Origin: an uncultured Bacteroides sp.
Lineage (GTDB): Bacteria; Bacteroidota; Bacteroidia; Bacteroidales; Bacteroidaceae
Reading direction: 5' to 3'
Length of the DNA stretch: 64,000 bases
Assembly (NCBI GenBank): GCA_902388365.1
Contig: CABMPB010000002.1
Location: forward strand, 242,683-306,682
This document shows positions 19,385 through 30,900 of the stretch, in pieces (within the stretch, counting starts at the first letter, position 1; the number at the start of each line of letters is the position of its first letter). The notes under the pieces are model-generated. The model made no database searches, was not told the DNA's origin, and worked only from the letters and a program-made list of their open reading frames with translations. A program made the translations under genes and the position numbers.

Positions 19385-22219
19385 TTATAATACGATGTTT
19401 ACAATCTTCTTCGGAACGATGATTACTTTCTTCGGAGTCTTGCCTTCAATCCATTTCTGTGCCTGTTCGTCGGCCATAACGGTATTTTGGATGGTGTCGT
19501 TATCGGCATCGGCGGCAAACTCCATAGTGAAACGTGCCTTACCATTGAAAGAGATGGTATAATTTACGGTATCTTCTTTCAGGTAATCTTCATTGAATGC
19601 AGGCCACTGGGCATCGCATACGCTGGTAGTATTGCCCAATGCTTCCCAAAGTTCTTCGCTGAAATGAGGAGCGAAGGGAGCCAACAGGATGATGAGATTG
19701 CTCAATACTTCCTTGTTTTTGCACTTCAATGAGGTCAGTTCGTTTACGCAAATCATAAATGCACTGATAGAAGTGTTGTAAGAGAAAGTCTCAATATCTC
19801 CGGTTACTTTCTTTATCAGTTTATGGATGGCTTTCAATTCTTCTTTAGTCGGAGCAGCTTCCACCGGAAGGAATTCGTCCGTGCGGCTGTAGAACAGGTT
19901 CCAAAGTTTCTTCAAGAAACGGTGAACACCATCTATACCGTTGGTATCCCAAGGCTTGGACTGTTCTACCGGACCGAGGAACATTTCGTACATGCGCAAT
20001 GTATCCGCACCATATCTTTCGACAATCATATCCGGATTAACCACGTTGAACATCGATTTACTCATCTTTTCTACCGCCCATCCGCAGATGTATTTGCCGT
20101 CTTCCAGGATAAATTCCGCATTGTTGTATTCCGGACGCCAGTTCTTGAAGGCTTCAATATCCAGAATATCATTGGATACGATGTTCACATCCACGTGCAG
20201 CGGAGTGGTTTCGTATTGGTCTTTCAGGTTCAGGGAAACAAATGTATTGGTATCCTTGATGCGATATACAAAGTTGCTTCGGCCTTGAATCATACCTTGG
20301 TTCACTAACTTCTGGAACGGTTCTTCCTTGATGCTTACACCCAGATCGTGCAGGAACTTGTTCCAGAAACGAGAGTAAATCAAGTGTCCCGTAGCGTGTT
20401 CCGTACCTCCTACATAGAGGTCTACATTCTGCCAGTATTGGTCTACCTTTTCTGAAACCAAGGCCTGATTGTTGTGCGGATCCATATAGCGCAGGTAGTA
20501 GGCTGATGAACCGGCAAATCCCGGCATGGTATTCAGTTCCAGCGGGAATACTTTTACGTTATCAATCAATGAGTTATCTACCACTTCGCCTGTCTCTGTA
20601 TTCCAAGCCCACTTGGTAGCGTGCCCCAATGGGGGTTCGCCTGTTTCGGTAGGCAGGAACTTGGCAACTTCGGGCAATTCCAGCGGCAGTTTGCTTTCGT
20701 CAATCATGTAGGGCATGCCGTCTTTGTAGTACACCGGGAACGGTTCGCCCCAGTAACGCTGGCGTGAGAAGATAGCATCGCGAAGGCGGTAGTTTACTTT
20801 CACGCGTCCCAGGTTGTGGGCTTTTACATATTCTTTGGTGGCTGCGATGGCTTCTTTGATGGTAAGCCCGTTCAATGAAAGATCGCAGTAAGGAGTCACA
20901 CCTTGGCGCGGCGAGTTGCAAACAATACCTTCTTTGGCATCGAAACTTTCTTCGCTTACATCGCAACCTTCTACCAGGGGAACGATAGGCAGGTTGAAGT
21001 GTTTTGCAAAAGCATAGTCGCGGCTATCGTGGGCAGGAACAGCCATGATGGCGCCTGTGCCGTAACCTGCCAATACATAATCACTGATCCATACGGGAAC
21101 TGCATCTCCTGTAAACGGGTTCACAGCATACGAACCGCTGAATACACCGGTTACACGGCGGTCGGCAATGCGTTCACGCTCTGTACGTTTCTTGGTGCGA
21201 TCCAGGTAAGCCTCTACTTCAGCTTTCTGTTCGGGAGTAGTAAGTTGGGAAACCAATTCACTTTCGGGAGCCAATACCATGAAGGTTACGCCAAACATGG
21301 TGTCTGCACGGGTGGTGAAGATGGTAAATTCAATATCGCTGTCTTTTACTTTGAATTGTATTTCTGCACCTTCTGAGCGACCTATCCAGTTGCGCTGGGT
21401 TTCTTTCAGAGAGTCTGTCCATTCCACGTTGTCCAATCCATCAAGCAAACGCTGGGCATAAGCGGATACACGCAGGCACCATTGGCGCATCTTCTTCTGA
21501 ACTACGGGGAAACCGCCGCGTTCCGAAACTCCGTCTACCACTTCATCATTGGCAAGAACGGTTCCCAGTTGCGGACACCAGTTTACCATCGTTTCGCCCA
21601 AGTAAGCGATGCGGTAGTTCATCAGGATTTCCTGCTGTTCCTTTTCGCTTTTGGCATTCCATTCTTCGGCGGTGAAGCTGATTTCTTCGCTGCAAGCGGC
21701 GTTTAGTCCTTTGTTGCCATATTGTGGGAATGCTTCAATCAGTTCGCTGATGGGGCGTGCCTGCTGTTCGTCATTGCAATAATAGCTGTTGAACATTTTT
21801 TGGAAAGCCCATTGTGTCCAGTGGTAATAGTTCGGTTCGCAAGTGCGTATCTCACGGTTCCAATCAAAAGAGAAACCGATCTTGTCCAACTGTTCACGAT
21901 AGCGGTTGATATTGTTTACAGTGGTGATGGCAGGATGTTGTCCGGTTTGGATGGCGTATTGTTCTGCGGGAAGTCCGTAGGCATCATAGCCCATGGGGTT
22001 CAGCACATTAAAGCCTTGCAGGCGTTTGTAACGGGCGTAGATATCGCTGGCAATATATCCCAGCGGATGTCCTACGTGCAAACCTGCTCCTGATGGATAG
22101 GGGAACATATTCAATACGTAGAATTTCTTCTTGCTTTCGTCTTCGGTCACCTGATAGGTGTGATTGTCCACCCATCTTTGCTGCCATTTCTTTTCAATCT
22201 CTCTGAAATTGTATTCCAT
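19385..22219 (-). CDS. leuS: Leucine--tRNA ligase
   Basis: 944 aa with an HIGH motif ([16 protein letters not shown]), KMSKS (KMSKSMFN) and LeuS-specific editing-domain and C-terminal regions. Confidence 0.97.
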   Translation of the reverse strand: MEYNFREIEKKWQQRWVDNHTYQVTEDESKKKFYVLNMFPYPSGAGLHVGHPLGYIASDIYARYKRLQGFNVLNPMGYDAYGLPAEQYAIQTGQHPAITTVNNINRYREQLDKIGFSFDWNREIRTCEPNYYHWTQWAFQKMFNSYYCNDEQQARPISELIEAFPQYGNKGLNAACSEEISFTAEEWNAKSEKEQQEILMNYRIAYLGETMVNWCPQLGTVLANDEVVDGVSERGGFPVVQKKMRQWCLRVSAYAQRLLDGLDNVEWTDSLKETQRNWIGRSEGAEIQFKVKDSDIEFTIFTTRADTMFGVTFMVLAPESELVSQLTTPEQKAEVEAYLDRTKKRTERERIADRRVTGVFSGSYAVNPFTGDAVPVWISDYVLAGYGTGAIMAVPAHDSRDYAFAKHFNLPIVPLVEGCDVSEESFDAKEGIVCNSPRQGVTPYCDLSLNGLTIKEAIAATKEYVKAHNLGRVKVNYRLRDAIFSRQRYWGEPFPVYYKDGMPYMIDESKLPLELPEVAKFLPTETGEPPLGHATKWAWNTETGEVVDNSLIDNVKVFPLELNTMPGFAGSSAYYLRYMDPHNNQALVSEKVDQYWQNVDLYVGGTEHATGHLIYSRFWNKFLHDLGVSIKEEPFQKLVNQGMIQGRSNFVYRIKDTNTFVSLNLKDQYETTPLHVDVNIVSNDILDIEAFKNWRPEYNNAEFILEDGKYICGWAVEKMSKSMFNVVNPDMIVERYGADTLRMYEMFLGPVEQSKPWDTNGIDGVHRFLKKLWNLFYSRTDEFLPVEAAPTKEELKAIHKLIKKVTGDIETFSYNTSISAFMICVNELTSLKCKNKEVLSNLIILLAPFAPHFSEELWEALGNTTSVCDAQWPAFNEDYLKEDTVNYTISFNGKARFTMEFAADADNDTIQNTVMADEQAQKWIEGKTPKKVIIVPKKIVNIVL

Positions 22220-22469
22220 GATCTATATATAATTTATTTATTAATTGCTTTGTATTTAAGAGTTTGCAAAGATAATGAAAGTCGGGGGAATAATAGATGG
22301 AAAGGGGAAAGAAAATGAGTTTCAGCATTTTGGGGGAGTAGAAAAAGGGTAGTAAAGTGGAAGAAATCCTTTAAAAACTCCTTGTTCTTTTTCAAAAACA
22401 CTTCATTCTTTTCGGAAAACTTCTAATTCTTTTTTAGAAAGGCGGTTATCTTTTCAAGGGGGTGCTGAG

Positions 22470-22650
22470 GCGGTGGAATGCTTCCGGTTTCACACCGCGA
22501 AACACCTCGTAACACACCGCGATATTTTATTTTCGCGGTGTGTTACGGAGCTTTTCTCGGTGTCTTATTAACCGTGAAAAACAATGGCGGTTGTTTTCAA
22601 AAACAATGGTCATTGTTTTTGCATTGAATCATTTGGGGCTGGGAATGAAT
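22470..22650. repeat. ~170-bp multi-hairpin intergenic repeat element, copy 1
   Basis: It contains the hairpins GGTTTCACACCGCGAAACACC, CGTAACACACCGCGA..TCGCGGTGTGTTACG and the perfect palindrome AAAACAATGGCCATTGTTTT (variant AATGGTCATT). Its reverse complement aligns at about 80% identity with 53747-53925. Confidence 0.6.
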
Positions 22651-22659
22651 AGCGTTGCC

Positions 22660-22754
22660 GTCCACCGTAGGGGCAGATTGAATCTGCCCGATAACATCCC
22701 AATGGTATATCTGTGGATGCATTCGGGCGGATTCAATCCGCCCCTACGGTGGAC
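22660..22754. repeat. GTAGGGGC double-hairpin palindromic element, copy at the tricorn protease 3' end
   Basis: GTCCACCGTAGGGGCAGATTGAATCTGCCC...GGGCGGATTCAATCCGCCCCTACGGTGGAC. Each arm is itself a hairpin. It lies 40 bp downstream of the protease stop on the minus strand. Confidence 0.6.
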
Positions 22755-22796
22755 GGCTTACCTTAAACAATTAATTCAAAACCATTTCGACATGCT

Positions 22797-25700
22797 CTAT
22801 TCCACTCCTAAATCTTTATAAGTTCTGGGAGCCGGAACCGGCGGCAACGGCTTGCGGTCTTTCAACTCTTGAAGAATGACCTCAATTGCCTTATTCAACT
22901 GCTGATCCTCTCCCATTTGTTCTTTGATAGGATCATTATCAATCAGAATATCAGGATCTACACCATGATTCTCTACAATCCATTGTCCGGTTTTTGCATC
23001 ATAATTGGTAAAGAACGGAACGCGTACATCCGTGCCATCCATATAAGGCAGTGGCCCGCTGATGCCAATAATACCGCCCCAGGTGCGAGTACCGATTACT
23101 TTACCTATCTTGGTTGCCTTGAAACTCCACGGGAACAGGTCGCCATCTGATGCAGAATACTTGTTTATCAACAGGACTTTAGGACCTACCAGAGTTGCAT
23201 CCGGAATTGTGTTTACCTTAGTAGAAGTGCGGCTCATCGTCAGCCGGTAGGGGTCACGAAGCAAGCGTTCAATAATCATTGGCGATACGTTGCCGCCACC
23301 ATTGGCACGGTCGTCAATAATCAGTGCTTCCTTGTCCAGTTGCGGATAGAAGTAGCGTGCAAATTCATTCAGCCCTTCCGGTCCCATATCGGGAATGTAG
23401 ACGTAGCCTACCCGGCCATTAGTTGCTTTTTCTACTTTCTTTATATTGTCTTGCACCCAGTTGTAATGATATAATGGAGATTCATCATCTATCGGACTTA
23501 TCACCACTTTGCGTGCACCATCGGCTGACGCTGTGCTGTTTATGCTTAATTCTGTCAGTACATTTGCTTTGCCTACCAGCAAGCTATAAATATTGTCAAC
23601 AGTAGCTGTTGAAACACCGTCGATGGCTGTAATGTAATCTCCTTCTTTAACCTCAATACCCGGTTCTGTCAGTGGAGAACGCAATGACTGGCTGTAAACA
23701 GCTCCCGGCAGAATCTTATCAATGCGGTAGAATCCGTTCTTGCCGCGGCTCAACTCTGCTCCCAATAATCCCATCGGGATGCGTTCAGGGCCTTTTATCT
23801 CGCCCGGATTTACATAGGCATGGCCACAAGCCAGTTCGGCAATCATTTCACCTATAATATAGTTCAAGTCCAAACGGGTCTTTGCATAAGGCAGCAGGAC
23901 TGCATATTTCTCTTTTATTGCTTTCCAGTCTGCACCATGCATATTTTCCAAATAGAATCCGTCACGGAAAGCACGCCAGGTTTCATCAAATATCTGTGCC
24001 CATTCTTGCGGATAATCTATCGGTGCCACCATGTCATCCAAATCAACAGGATCCTCCATGGATGCCTTGCTGCATGGAAAATCGCAGATGTATAGATTAC
24101 CTCTTTTGTGGAATAATGCTTTCTTATTGTTGCTCGTTACGCTCATAGAAGCACCGGCGGCTACTGTTTCTTCTTTCTGTTTCTCCAGGTCGAAAACTTT
24201 GGTATCTCTGCCACTTGAATACCATACTTTCTTTCCATCTGAATAGAAGTTACCATAGTTTCCGGCGTTCAATGGCAATTTAATCAATCTGCCCGGTAAG
24301 CCTGCAGGGTCTATTTTAACACTGCTTCCCGTTGCTTCTGATACTTTCTTATCTTTTGCTGCATTTTCTGTGCCGGCTGTTTCATCTGTGGGCAACAGGG
24401 GCGATGGGGTGTCATTGGCAAGCATGGCCATGTAAACGCCTCCCATATGGTTATAGGCATGATTCCATTCTGTTTGGCTATAAATAGGATTGAAATCTCT
24501 TTCAGAACTGAAAATGAGATATTTGCCATCACTGCTAAATTCGGGTGAAGAAGAACTGTACCATTTTTCGGTTACCGGATACTCCTTGCCTGTGCTGAGG
24601 TTGTACACATAGACCACACTCATATTATTTTTGCCGGATTTGGTATAGGTAATCCATTGGCTATCCGGTGAATAGCTTACTGAGTAAAATTCTCCTTCCG
24701 GGTTTTGCATCAAGGTACGTTTGGCTTTTGAAGGAATGTCTACTTCCACAATGCGGTTTTTGCGGTCGGTATAGAGTACTTTTTTACTATCCGGACTCCA
24801 CATCAGTTGGCGGATGTAAGTATCATTGTTCTTAGTGAGTTGGATAGGGTCTCCACCTTCGGCAGATTGCAACCAGATTTCGGTTTCGCCGGTACGGTCG
24901 CTGATGTAGGCAATGTATTTTCCATCCGGGCTCCAATCGGCTCCGCGCTCATTAGCTCCCGGGGTGCGGGTGATGTTACGGGTTACTCCCTTGTCAGCCG
25001 GGACATCGAATACTTCTCCGCGAGCAGTCACTGCCAAGCGGTGCCCGTCCGGTGAAAGGCTGGCGGCTGTGAGGTTATCGGCTACTTTTTTCATTTCCTT
25101 GCGGGCATAGATATTATCTGATGCCAGAGTAATGGAAATCTTTTCTGATTTACGTGTTTTAGGATCTAACTTGTACAGATAGCCCCCGTGTTCATAGACG
25201 ATGACTTGTCCGTTGCTACTGGGGAATTTTACATCATAATCCGTATAGTTGGTAACCTTTTCGGTTTGTTTGGTCTTGGTGTTATAGACAAAGATATTCA
25301 TGGTGCGGTCTCGGTCGGAAATGAAATAGATCTCCTCTCCTATCCACATCGGAATAATATCTTGTGCTATATTGTTGGTAATATTCTCTATTTTCTTGGC
25401 GGCCGGATCATAAATCCATATATCGTCTGCCATACCTCCGCGATAATATTTCCAGTTGCGGAATTCACGCATCACACGGTTGTAAGCAAGCTTTTTACCA
25501 TCGGGCGAGTAGCTGCAAAAACCTCCTTCGGGCAATGGAATAGCCTGTGACATACCGCCTTCTTTAGAGATTGTCCAGAGTTTGCCGGTAAAGCTGTCGC
25601 CAATTCGGTTGCGGTAGACAATGTTTTTGCCATCCGGGCTCCACGTCATCACAATGTTGTTGGGACCCATGCGGTCTCCCAAGTCATCGCGGCTGTTGGT

Positions 25701-26021
25701 CGAGGTATAAGTAAGGCGTTGGGGTTCGCCTCCGTTGGCAGGCATCAGATACACTTCGGTATTACCGTCATATTGTCCGGTGAAAGCAATAGACTTTCCA
25801 TCGGGTGAGAAACGGGCGAACATTTCATAGCCGATATGCGAAGTCAGTCTTTGAGCTTCGCCGCCACCTAGAGGTGCTTTGTACAAATCTCCGGCATAGG
25901 AGAAAACTACGTCCGAACCGTTGGTTGCAGGAAAGCGGAGTAATCTAGCTTCATCGGCATGTCCGGTGAAAGCTGTCCCGGCAAGAAGCAGGGAGAATAA
26001 TAGCTTTTTATTCATACGCAA
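22797..26021 (-). CDS. Tricorn-protease-like S41 family peptidase (tandem PD40 beta-propellers, PDZ and S41 peptidase domain)
   Basis: 1074 aa with a signal peptide, repeated PD40-like SPDG(K/S) blades and a C-terminal S41 region (GRVGYVYIPDMG..., DDRANGGGN, GTRTWGG). Confidence 0.9.
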   Translation of the reverse strand: MRMNKKLLFSLLLAGTAFTGHADEARLLRFPATNGSDVVFSYAGDLYKAPLGGGEAQRLTSHIGYEMFARFSPDGKSIAFTGQYDGNTEVYLMPANGGEPQRLTYTSTNSRDDLGDRMGPNNIVMTWSPDGKNIVYRNRIGDSFTGKLWTISKEGGMSQAIPLPEGGFCSYSPDGKKLAYNRVMREFRNWKYYRGGMADDIWIYDPAAKKIENITNNIAQDIIPMWIGEEIYFISDRDRTMNIFVYNTKTKQTEKVTNYTDYDVKFPSSNGQVIVYEHGGYLYKLDPKTRKSEKISITLASDNIYARKEMKKVADNLTAASLSPDGHRLAVTARGEVFDVPADKGVTRNITRTPGANERGADWSPDGKYIAYISDRTGETEIWLQSAEGGDPIQLTKNNDTYIRQLMWSPDSKKVLYTDRKNRIVEVDIPSKAKRTLMQNPEGEFYSVSYSPDSQWITYTKSGKNNMSVVYVYNLSTGKEYPVTEKWYSSSSPEFSSDGKYLIFSSERDFNPIYSQTEWNHAYNHMGGVYMAMLANDTPSPLLPTDETAGTENAAKDKKVSEATGSSVKIDPAGLPGRLIKLPLNAGNYGNFYSDGKKVWYSSGRDTKVFDLEKQKEETVAAGASMSVTSNNKKALFHKRGNLYICDFPCSKASMEDPVDLDDMVAPIDYPQEWAQIFDETWRAFRDGFYLENMHGADWKAIKEKYAVLLPYAKTRLDLNYIIGEMIAELACGHAYVNPGEIKGPERIPMGLLGAELSRGKNGFYRIDKILPGAVYSQSLRSPLTEPGIEVKEGDYITAIDGVSTATVDNIYSLLVGKANVLTELSINSTASADGARKVVISPIDDESPLYHYNWVQDNIKKVEKATNGRVGYVYIPDMGPEGLNEFARYFYPQLDKEALIIDDRANGGGNVSPMIIERLLRDPYRLTMSRTSTKVNTIPDATLVGPKVLLINKYSASDGDLFPWSFKATKIGKVIGTRTWGGIIGISGPLPYMDGTDVRVPFFTNYDAKTGQWIVENHGVDPDILIDNDPIKEQMGEDQQLNKAIEVILQELKDRKPLPPVPAPRTYKDLGVE

Positions 26022-26208
26022 AGAATGTGTTTGTTTTAGTAAAGGAACAAAGTTAATGAATATTCTTTAGAATATAGAGTAGAGTTTATTCCTTTTTTTC
26101 GTTTTTCGTATTTGAGTATTACTAGTATTCTTAATAAGAAATAGTTTTATGGCTGTATTCTTCTAAAATTATCTATATTTGCAATATTAACATATTCTAA
26201 TAATAAAG

Positions 26209-26796
26209 ATGGAGGCAAGGGTAGTAGACCGGGACTTGATTGAAAGAATAAACAAAGGAGATGAAAAGGCTTTTGAGATCTTTTATAATTGCTACTTTGT
26301 ATATCTCTGCGCTTGTGCCAATTCTTATATTTTTAATCCGGTTGAGGCGCAGGATATTGTAAATGAAACCTTTGCAAAAGTATGGTATAAGCGCAAAGAA
26401 TTATCTTTTCCCATTCATGCTTACTTGGTACGTGCCGTTCAGAATGGGTGTTTGAATTATTTGCGTTCACTTCATAGCCGTGAGAGAATCCTGGATGAGT
26501 ATCGCGAGGCATTGCTTCAATTTCAGGAAGAATATTGTGCTTCCGAATGCACTCCTTTGCAAGAAATGGAGTTGGCAGATCTGGAACATCAAGTGCAGGA
26601 ATTGGTGGCTTCCCTTCCTGATAAATGCAGAACTATTTTTGAGCAGTATCTTTATTCTAATCTGACTCCGCAGGAAATTGCAGATAAGAATAATCTTTCG
26701 GTCAATACGGTCAGAGTACATATAAAGAATGCCATGGACAAGATAAAAGAAAAGGTAGGAACGAGGATCGGAATTTTATTATTTTTCCTTTTTTGA
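26209..26796 (+). CDS. ECF-type RNA polymerase sigma-70 factor
   Basis: 195 aa with a sigma-70 region 2 (FEIFYNCYFVYL..., DIVNETF) and a region 4 HTH (TPQEIADKNNLSVNTVRVHIKNA). A TAtaTTTG -7 box lies upstream. Confidence 0.85.
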   Translation: MEARVVDRDLIERINKGDEKAFEIFYNCYFVYLCACANSYIFNPVEAQDIVNETFAKVWYKRKELSFPIHAYLVRAVQNGCLNYLRSLHSRERILDEYREALLQFQEEYCASECTPLQEMELADLEHQVQELVASLPDKCRTIFEQYLYSNLTPQEIADKNNLSVNTVRVHIKNAMDKIKEKVGTRIGILLFFLF

Positions 26797-26887
26797 GTGG
26801 AATAAGAAGAAAAAATTGGTTTTTGCCTAAATGATTTGTTTGCTGCGCGTGTATTATCTGTAGTAAGTAAAGTCAAAAGAGTGCAGA

Positions 26888-27898
26888 ATGGACAATTTGA
26901 TAGATGAATTTGAAAGAGTAATGCTGGATTATCTGAAAGGTAGTATCACGCCTGAAGATATGCAGAGACTGACGGAATTGTTGAGAGACAATGATTCCTG
27001 TCGCCAAAAGTATAGTGAAATGACACGCGCTTATGCTTTGGCTTCTTCATCTTGGTTTGCACGGCGGAAAGAGCAAAATTTTGAGCAACTGCGTGATACC
27101 CTGAATTTCCGTTCCTCTCGTAAACGCACCCTTTCACGTAAAATCAGAATATGGAGCGTTGCTGCTGTATGGGCATTGCTTATAGGTTGCAGCATTACTT
27201 TCCTTTATTTATACTCCTCATCGGAATCTACTTCTGTTATGGATTCTTATTGCCAGATAGAGATACCTCAAGGAGCTACTTCCAAACTGATATTGCCTGA
27301 TAATACCGTTGTTTTTCTTAACGGGGGAACTACATTAAAATATGATGCCTCTTTGCAGGACAAAGAGAACCGGGAAGTCTTCCTTACCGGTGAAGCTTAT
27401 TTTGAAGTTACTAAAAATGCGGATAAACCTTTCATTGTCCATGCGGGGGAATTGAATGTGAAAGTGCTCGGTACTACATTCAATGTTGTTTCTTATCCGG
27501 ATGAACCGGAAGTTAAAGTGAGCCTTGCAGAGGGACGTGTGCAGGTTTCTGTAGCTTCAGAGGCAAAAGAGGATCTTTTTCTGTCTCCCAATGAACAAGC
27601 TATATATAATAAGGAGGACAAGCAGCTGTCTATGAAAAAGATAGATGCAGCTTCTCAGACTGCCTGGACAACAGGACGGTTGGTTTTTGTCAATGAAACA
27701 TTGTTTGATATTCTTAAAACAATAGGGAAAAAATATGATATACAGATACTTATTCAGTCTCAAAAAGTGCATACTGAATATTTCTCAGGCAGTGTAGATG
27801 CTCATCTCACATTGGACGAGATTCTTTCCTATCTGGATGTTGATAATAAGTTTGTGTGGCGGAAGAAAGGAAAAACGATTGTCATTACAGACAGATGA
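26888..27898 (+). CDS. FecR-family anti-sigma factor (single TM, FecR and DUF4974-like C-terminal domain)
   Basis: 336 aa with a central TM (IWSVAAVWALLIGCSITFLYLY), a FecR-like beta domain and a C-terminal TonB-transducer interaction region (TLFDILKTIGKKYDIQI). Confidence 0.85.
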   Translation: MDNLIDEFERVMLDYLKGSITPEDMQRLTELLRDNDSCRQKYSEMTRAYALASSSWFARRKEQNFEQLRDTLNFRSSRKRTLSRKIRIWSVAAVWALLIGCSITFLYLYSSSESTSVMDSYCQIEIPQGATSKLILPDNTVVFLNGGTTLKYDASLQDKENREVFLTGEAYFEVTKNADKPFIVHAGELNVKVLGTTFNVVSYPDEPEVKVSLAEGRVQVSVASEAKEDLFLSPNEQAIYNKEDKQLSMKKIDAASQTAWTTGRLVFVNETLFDILKTIGKKYDIQILIQSQKVHTEYFSGSVDAHLTLDEILSYLDVDNKFVWRKKGKTIVITDR

Positions 27899-27965
27899 TC
27901 GAACTATGAAAAGAAGTACTATAACCGGTACATTTTAAATATTTTGTTAACTAAAAAATCTAAGT

Positions 27966-30900
27966 ATGAGAAAAAACTTTTCCAAAAATCACAGGGGGCA
28001 TTGGATTCCTCTTGTTTTGGTGGCTTCATTTCTGTTATGGGGAAATGTGGCTATGGCTGCGCTGTCTATTCAGGAGGCAAAATTTTCTATGCGGCAAAAT
28101 TCTATCTCTTTAAACCAGGTTTTTCATGAAATTGAGAAACAGACGGGCTACTCCTTTTTAGTACGTAATAATGATATCAATATCAACGAAAAGGTTTCTA
28201 TTGATGTCCGGAATAAAAGTGTGGAGGAGGTATTGGAAATCTTATTTGCAGGAAAGAATATCCGTTACAAGGTAGAGGGAGAACGTATTTCTGTTTATAA
28301 GCCTCAGCAAGCAAGACAAAGCACTATTACAGGATTGGTTCTGGATGCTGCCAAAGAACCGATTATTGGTGCATCTGTTGTAGTAATAGGATCTACTAAC
28401 GGATGTATTACAGACTTTGATGGAAAATTCTCTTTAGAGGTTTCCGAACTTCCGGTGAAACTGCAAATCAGCTATATCGGTTACAAGTCTCAAGAAGTAA
28501 CGGTAAATGATACGAAGACCATTCAGGTGGTGATGCGTGAGGATACCGAAACATTGGACGAAGTAGTGGTAGTAGGTTATGGTTCACAGAAAAAGGCAAA
28601 CTTGACCGGTGCTGTCGCTTCCGTAAAAATGGACGAAGTAATTGGTAACCGTCCCTTATCACAAGCTGCCGATGCATTGCAGGGTACAGTTCCCGGCTTG
28701 TTTGTTTCAAGTGACGGTAATGCTCCCGGTAAGAGTAAATCATTTCAAATTCGTGGTGCCTATTCTGTAGGTATCAAGAATGATGACGGTTCTTATGGTA
28801 GTGCCATCAAGCCTTTGATTTTGATTGACAATGTGGAAGGAGACCTGGATATGGTTAATCCTGAGGATATTGAAACGGTTACAGTGCTGAAAGATGCCGC
28901 TTCGGCTGCCATTTATGGTGCCCGTGCTGCCGGTGGTGTAATTTTGGTTACTACCAAACGTCCGAAAGGAGAAACTTCTTTCCAACTGAATTATAATAAT
29001 AACTTTGCCTTTGCAACCGCCATGAATTTGCCAGAACAAGCACCGTTGATGGAATATTTGCAGGCCTATTCTGATGCTGCCGGAGATCAATTCTGGACAA
29101 TGGGTTCACCCAGTGTAAGCAAATGGATGGGATATTTGGAGCAATATCGTAATAATCCGTCTTCTATTCCTACTGTCGGCGATGGTATCTTTAAAGATAC
29201 GGATGGGGCTGTTTATTATATGAATGAAAAGGACTTGGTGAAGAACATGCTTGAGACCAGTTTCCAGCATACTCATAATATATCAATGACAGGTAGTACT
29301 GATAAGCTCCGCTATCGTCTTTCTGCCGGATTTATTGATAATGACGGTGTGCTGATTACTGACAAGGATAAATACAGACGAATGAATGTCAGTGGATTTA
29401 TATCCGCCAATGTTACAAAATGGTTTACTCAGGAAGCTACTTTCAGCTATGCACATAGTAAAAGAATGGAGCCAAAGTCTGCTTTGGGCGCTGTTTACAG
29501 TACCCGTCTTGCTTCTTTCTATCCGGAAGGCAATATGCCGGAAGGTATTTCTGCTGCAGGCGATGGGTTGCCTTTCTTTACTCCGTCCAATCAGATACGT
29601 TGGTCCAATCCGGCTAAAACTTTGTATGATAATCCGCGTATTTTCTTGAAGTCTATATTGAAGCCTTTGAAAGGCCTTGAAATAGCATTCGAATATACAT
29701 TCGACAAGAATATATATGATTATAACTGGTACACAGGAAGTGTAGCATATACAACTGTTCAAGGTGGTAAAGATACTACTCCTACAAGTGACTATTTGCA
29801 GAAAACAAAAAGATATACTGATTATAATTCCATTAACTTATATGGTACCTATGATTTTGCATTAGGAGATCATAAGTTTAAAGTAATGGCAGGTTTCAAC
29901 CAGGAGTCAAGCTACCGGGAAACAATGGAAGCTTATTCTTATGGACAGGCTGTAATTGAGGTTCCCTCATTAGGTTCAGGTACTTCTACTTTGAAAGCCA
30001 CTGATAAATACAATGAATTTTCTGTTCGCGGCGGATTCTTCCGTGTGAATTACAACTATCAGGATAAATATTTGCTGGAAGTAAACGGACGCTATGACGG
30101 TTCTTCTAAGTTTCCTAAAGAATCACGTTACGGTTTCTTCCCCTCTGTTTCGGCCGGTTGGAACATTGCACAGGAAAAATTCATGGAAAGTACTCAGAAT
30201 TGGTTAGGTTCTTTGAAGCTACGCGCTTCTTATGGTATGATTGGTAACCAGAACGTGCCTGCTTATTCGTTTATTCCGACTATGACGGTGAATAATAAAT
30301 ACAATGGTTGGATATCCAATGGTAATTATGTAACCGCTATTACTTCTATTCCTTCATTGGTAAGTCGCAACTTTACTTGGGAAAAGGTAGGAACATTAGA
30401 CATCGGTATTGATTTCTCTATGTTCAGTAATCGCTTCACAGGTACTTTTGACTGGTATCAGCGTAATACGAACGGCATGCTTGCTCCGGGTGTACAATTG
30501 CCTGCTGTGGTGGGTGCGGATGCTCCTTATCAGAATACGGCAGATATGCGTACACGTGGTTGGGAACTGAGCTTTAATTGGCGCGATCAGATTGGAAAGG
30601 TTGGTTATCGCGTTGGTTTCAACCTGTCTGATAGTAAGTCAAAGATTGTGAAGTATGATAGTAATTCATCTTATTTATTGAGCAGTGAGCGTACCAATGC
30701 ACAGACTGGTGGAAAATATACATTCTGGGAGTTTTATAAAGGTAAGGAATTAGGCGAAATCTGGGGATATGAAACAGATGGTTATTATACCGTAGACGAT
30801 TTTGTCGATACTTCTTCATGGAAATTAAAGGATGGTGTTCCAAGCATAGATGGCTATAATCCTCGTCCGGGTGATGTGAAGTTCAAGAACTTAATGGATG

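Noticed and set aside
19487-22093. Numerous 60-160-aa ORFs on the plus strand inside leuS (e.g. 19823-20308, 20903-21376, 21722-22093)
   Set aside because: They are antisense shadow ORFs of a highly conserved, confidently identified minus-strand gene. They have no independent signal.
22869-25550. Many short plus-strand ORFs within the tricorn protease gene
   Set aside because: Antisense to a 1074-aa conserved protease. These are typical shadow frames.
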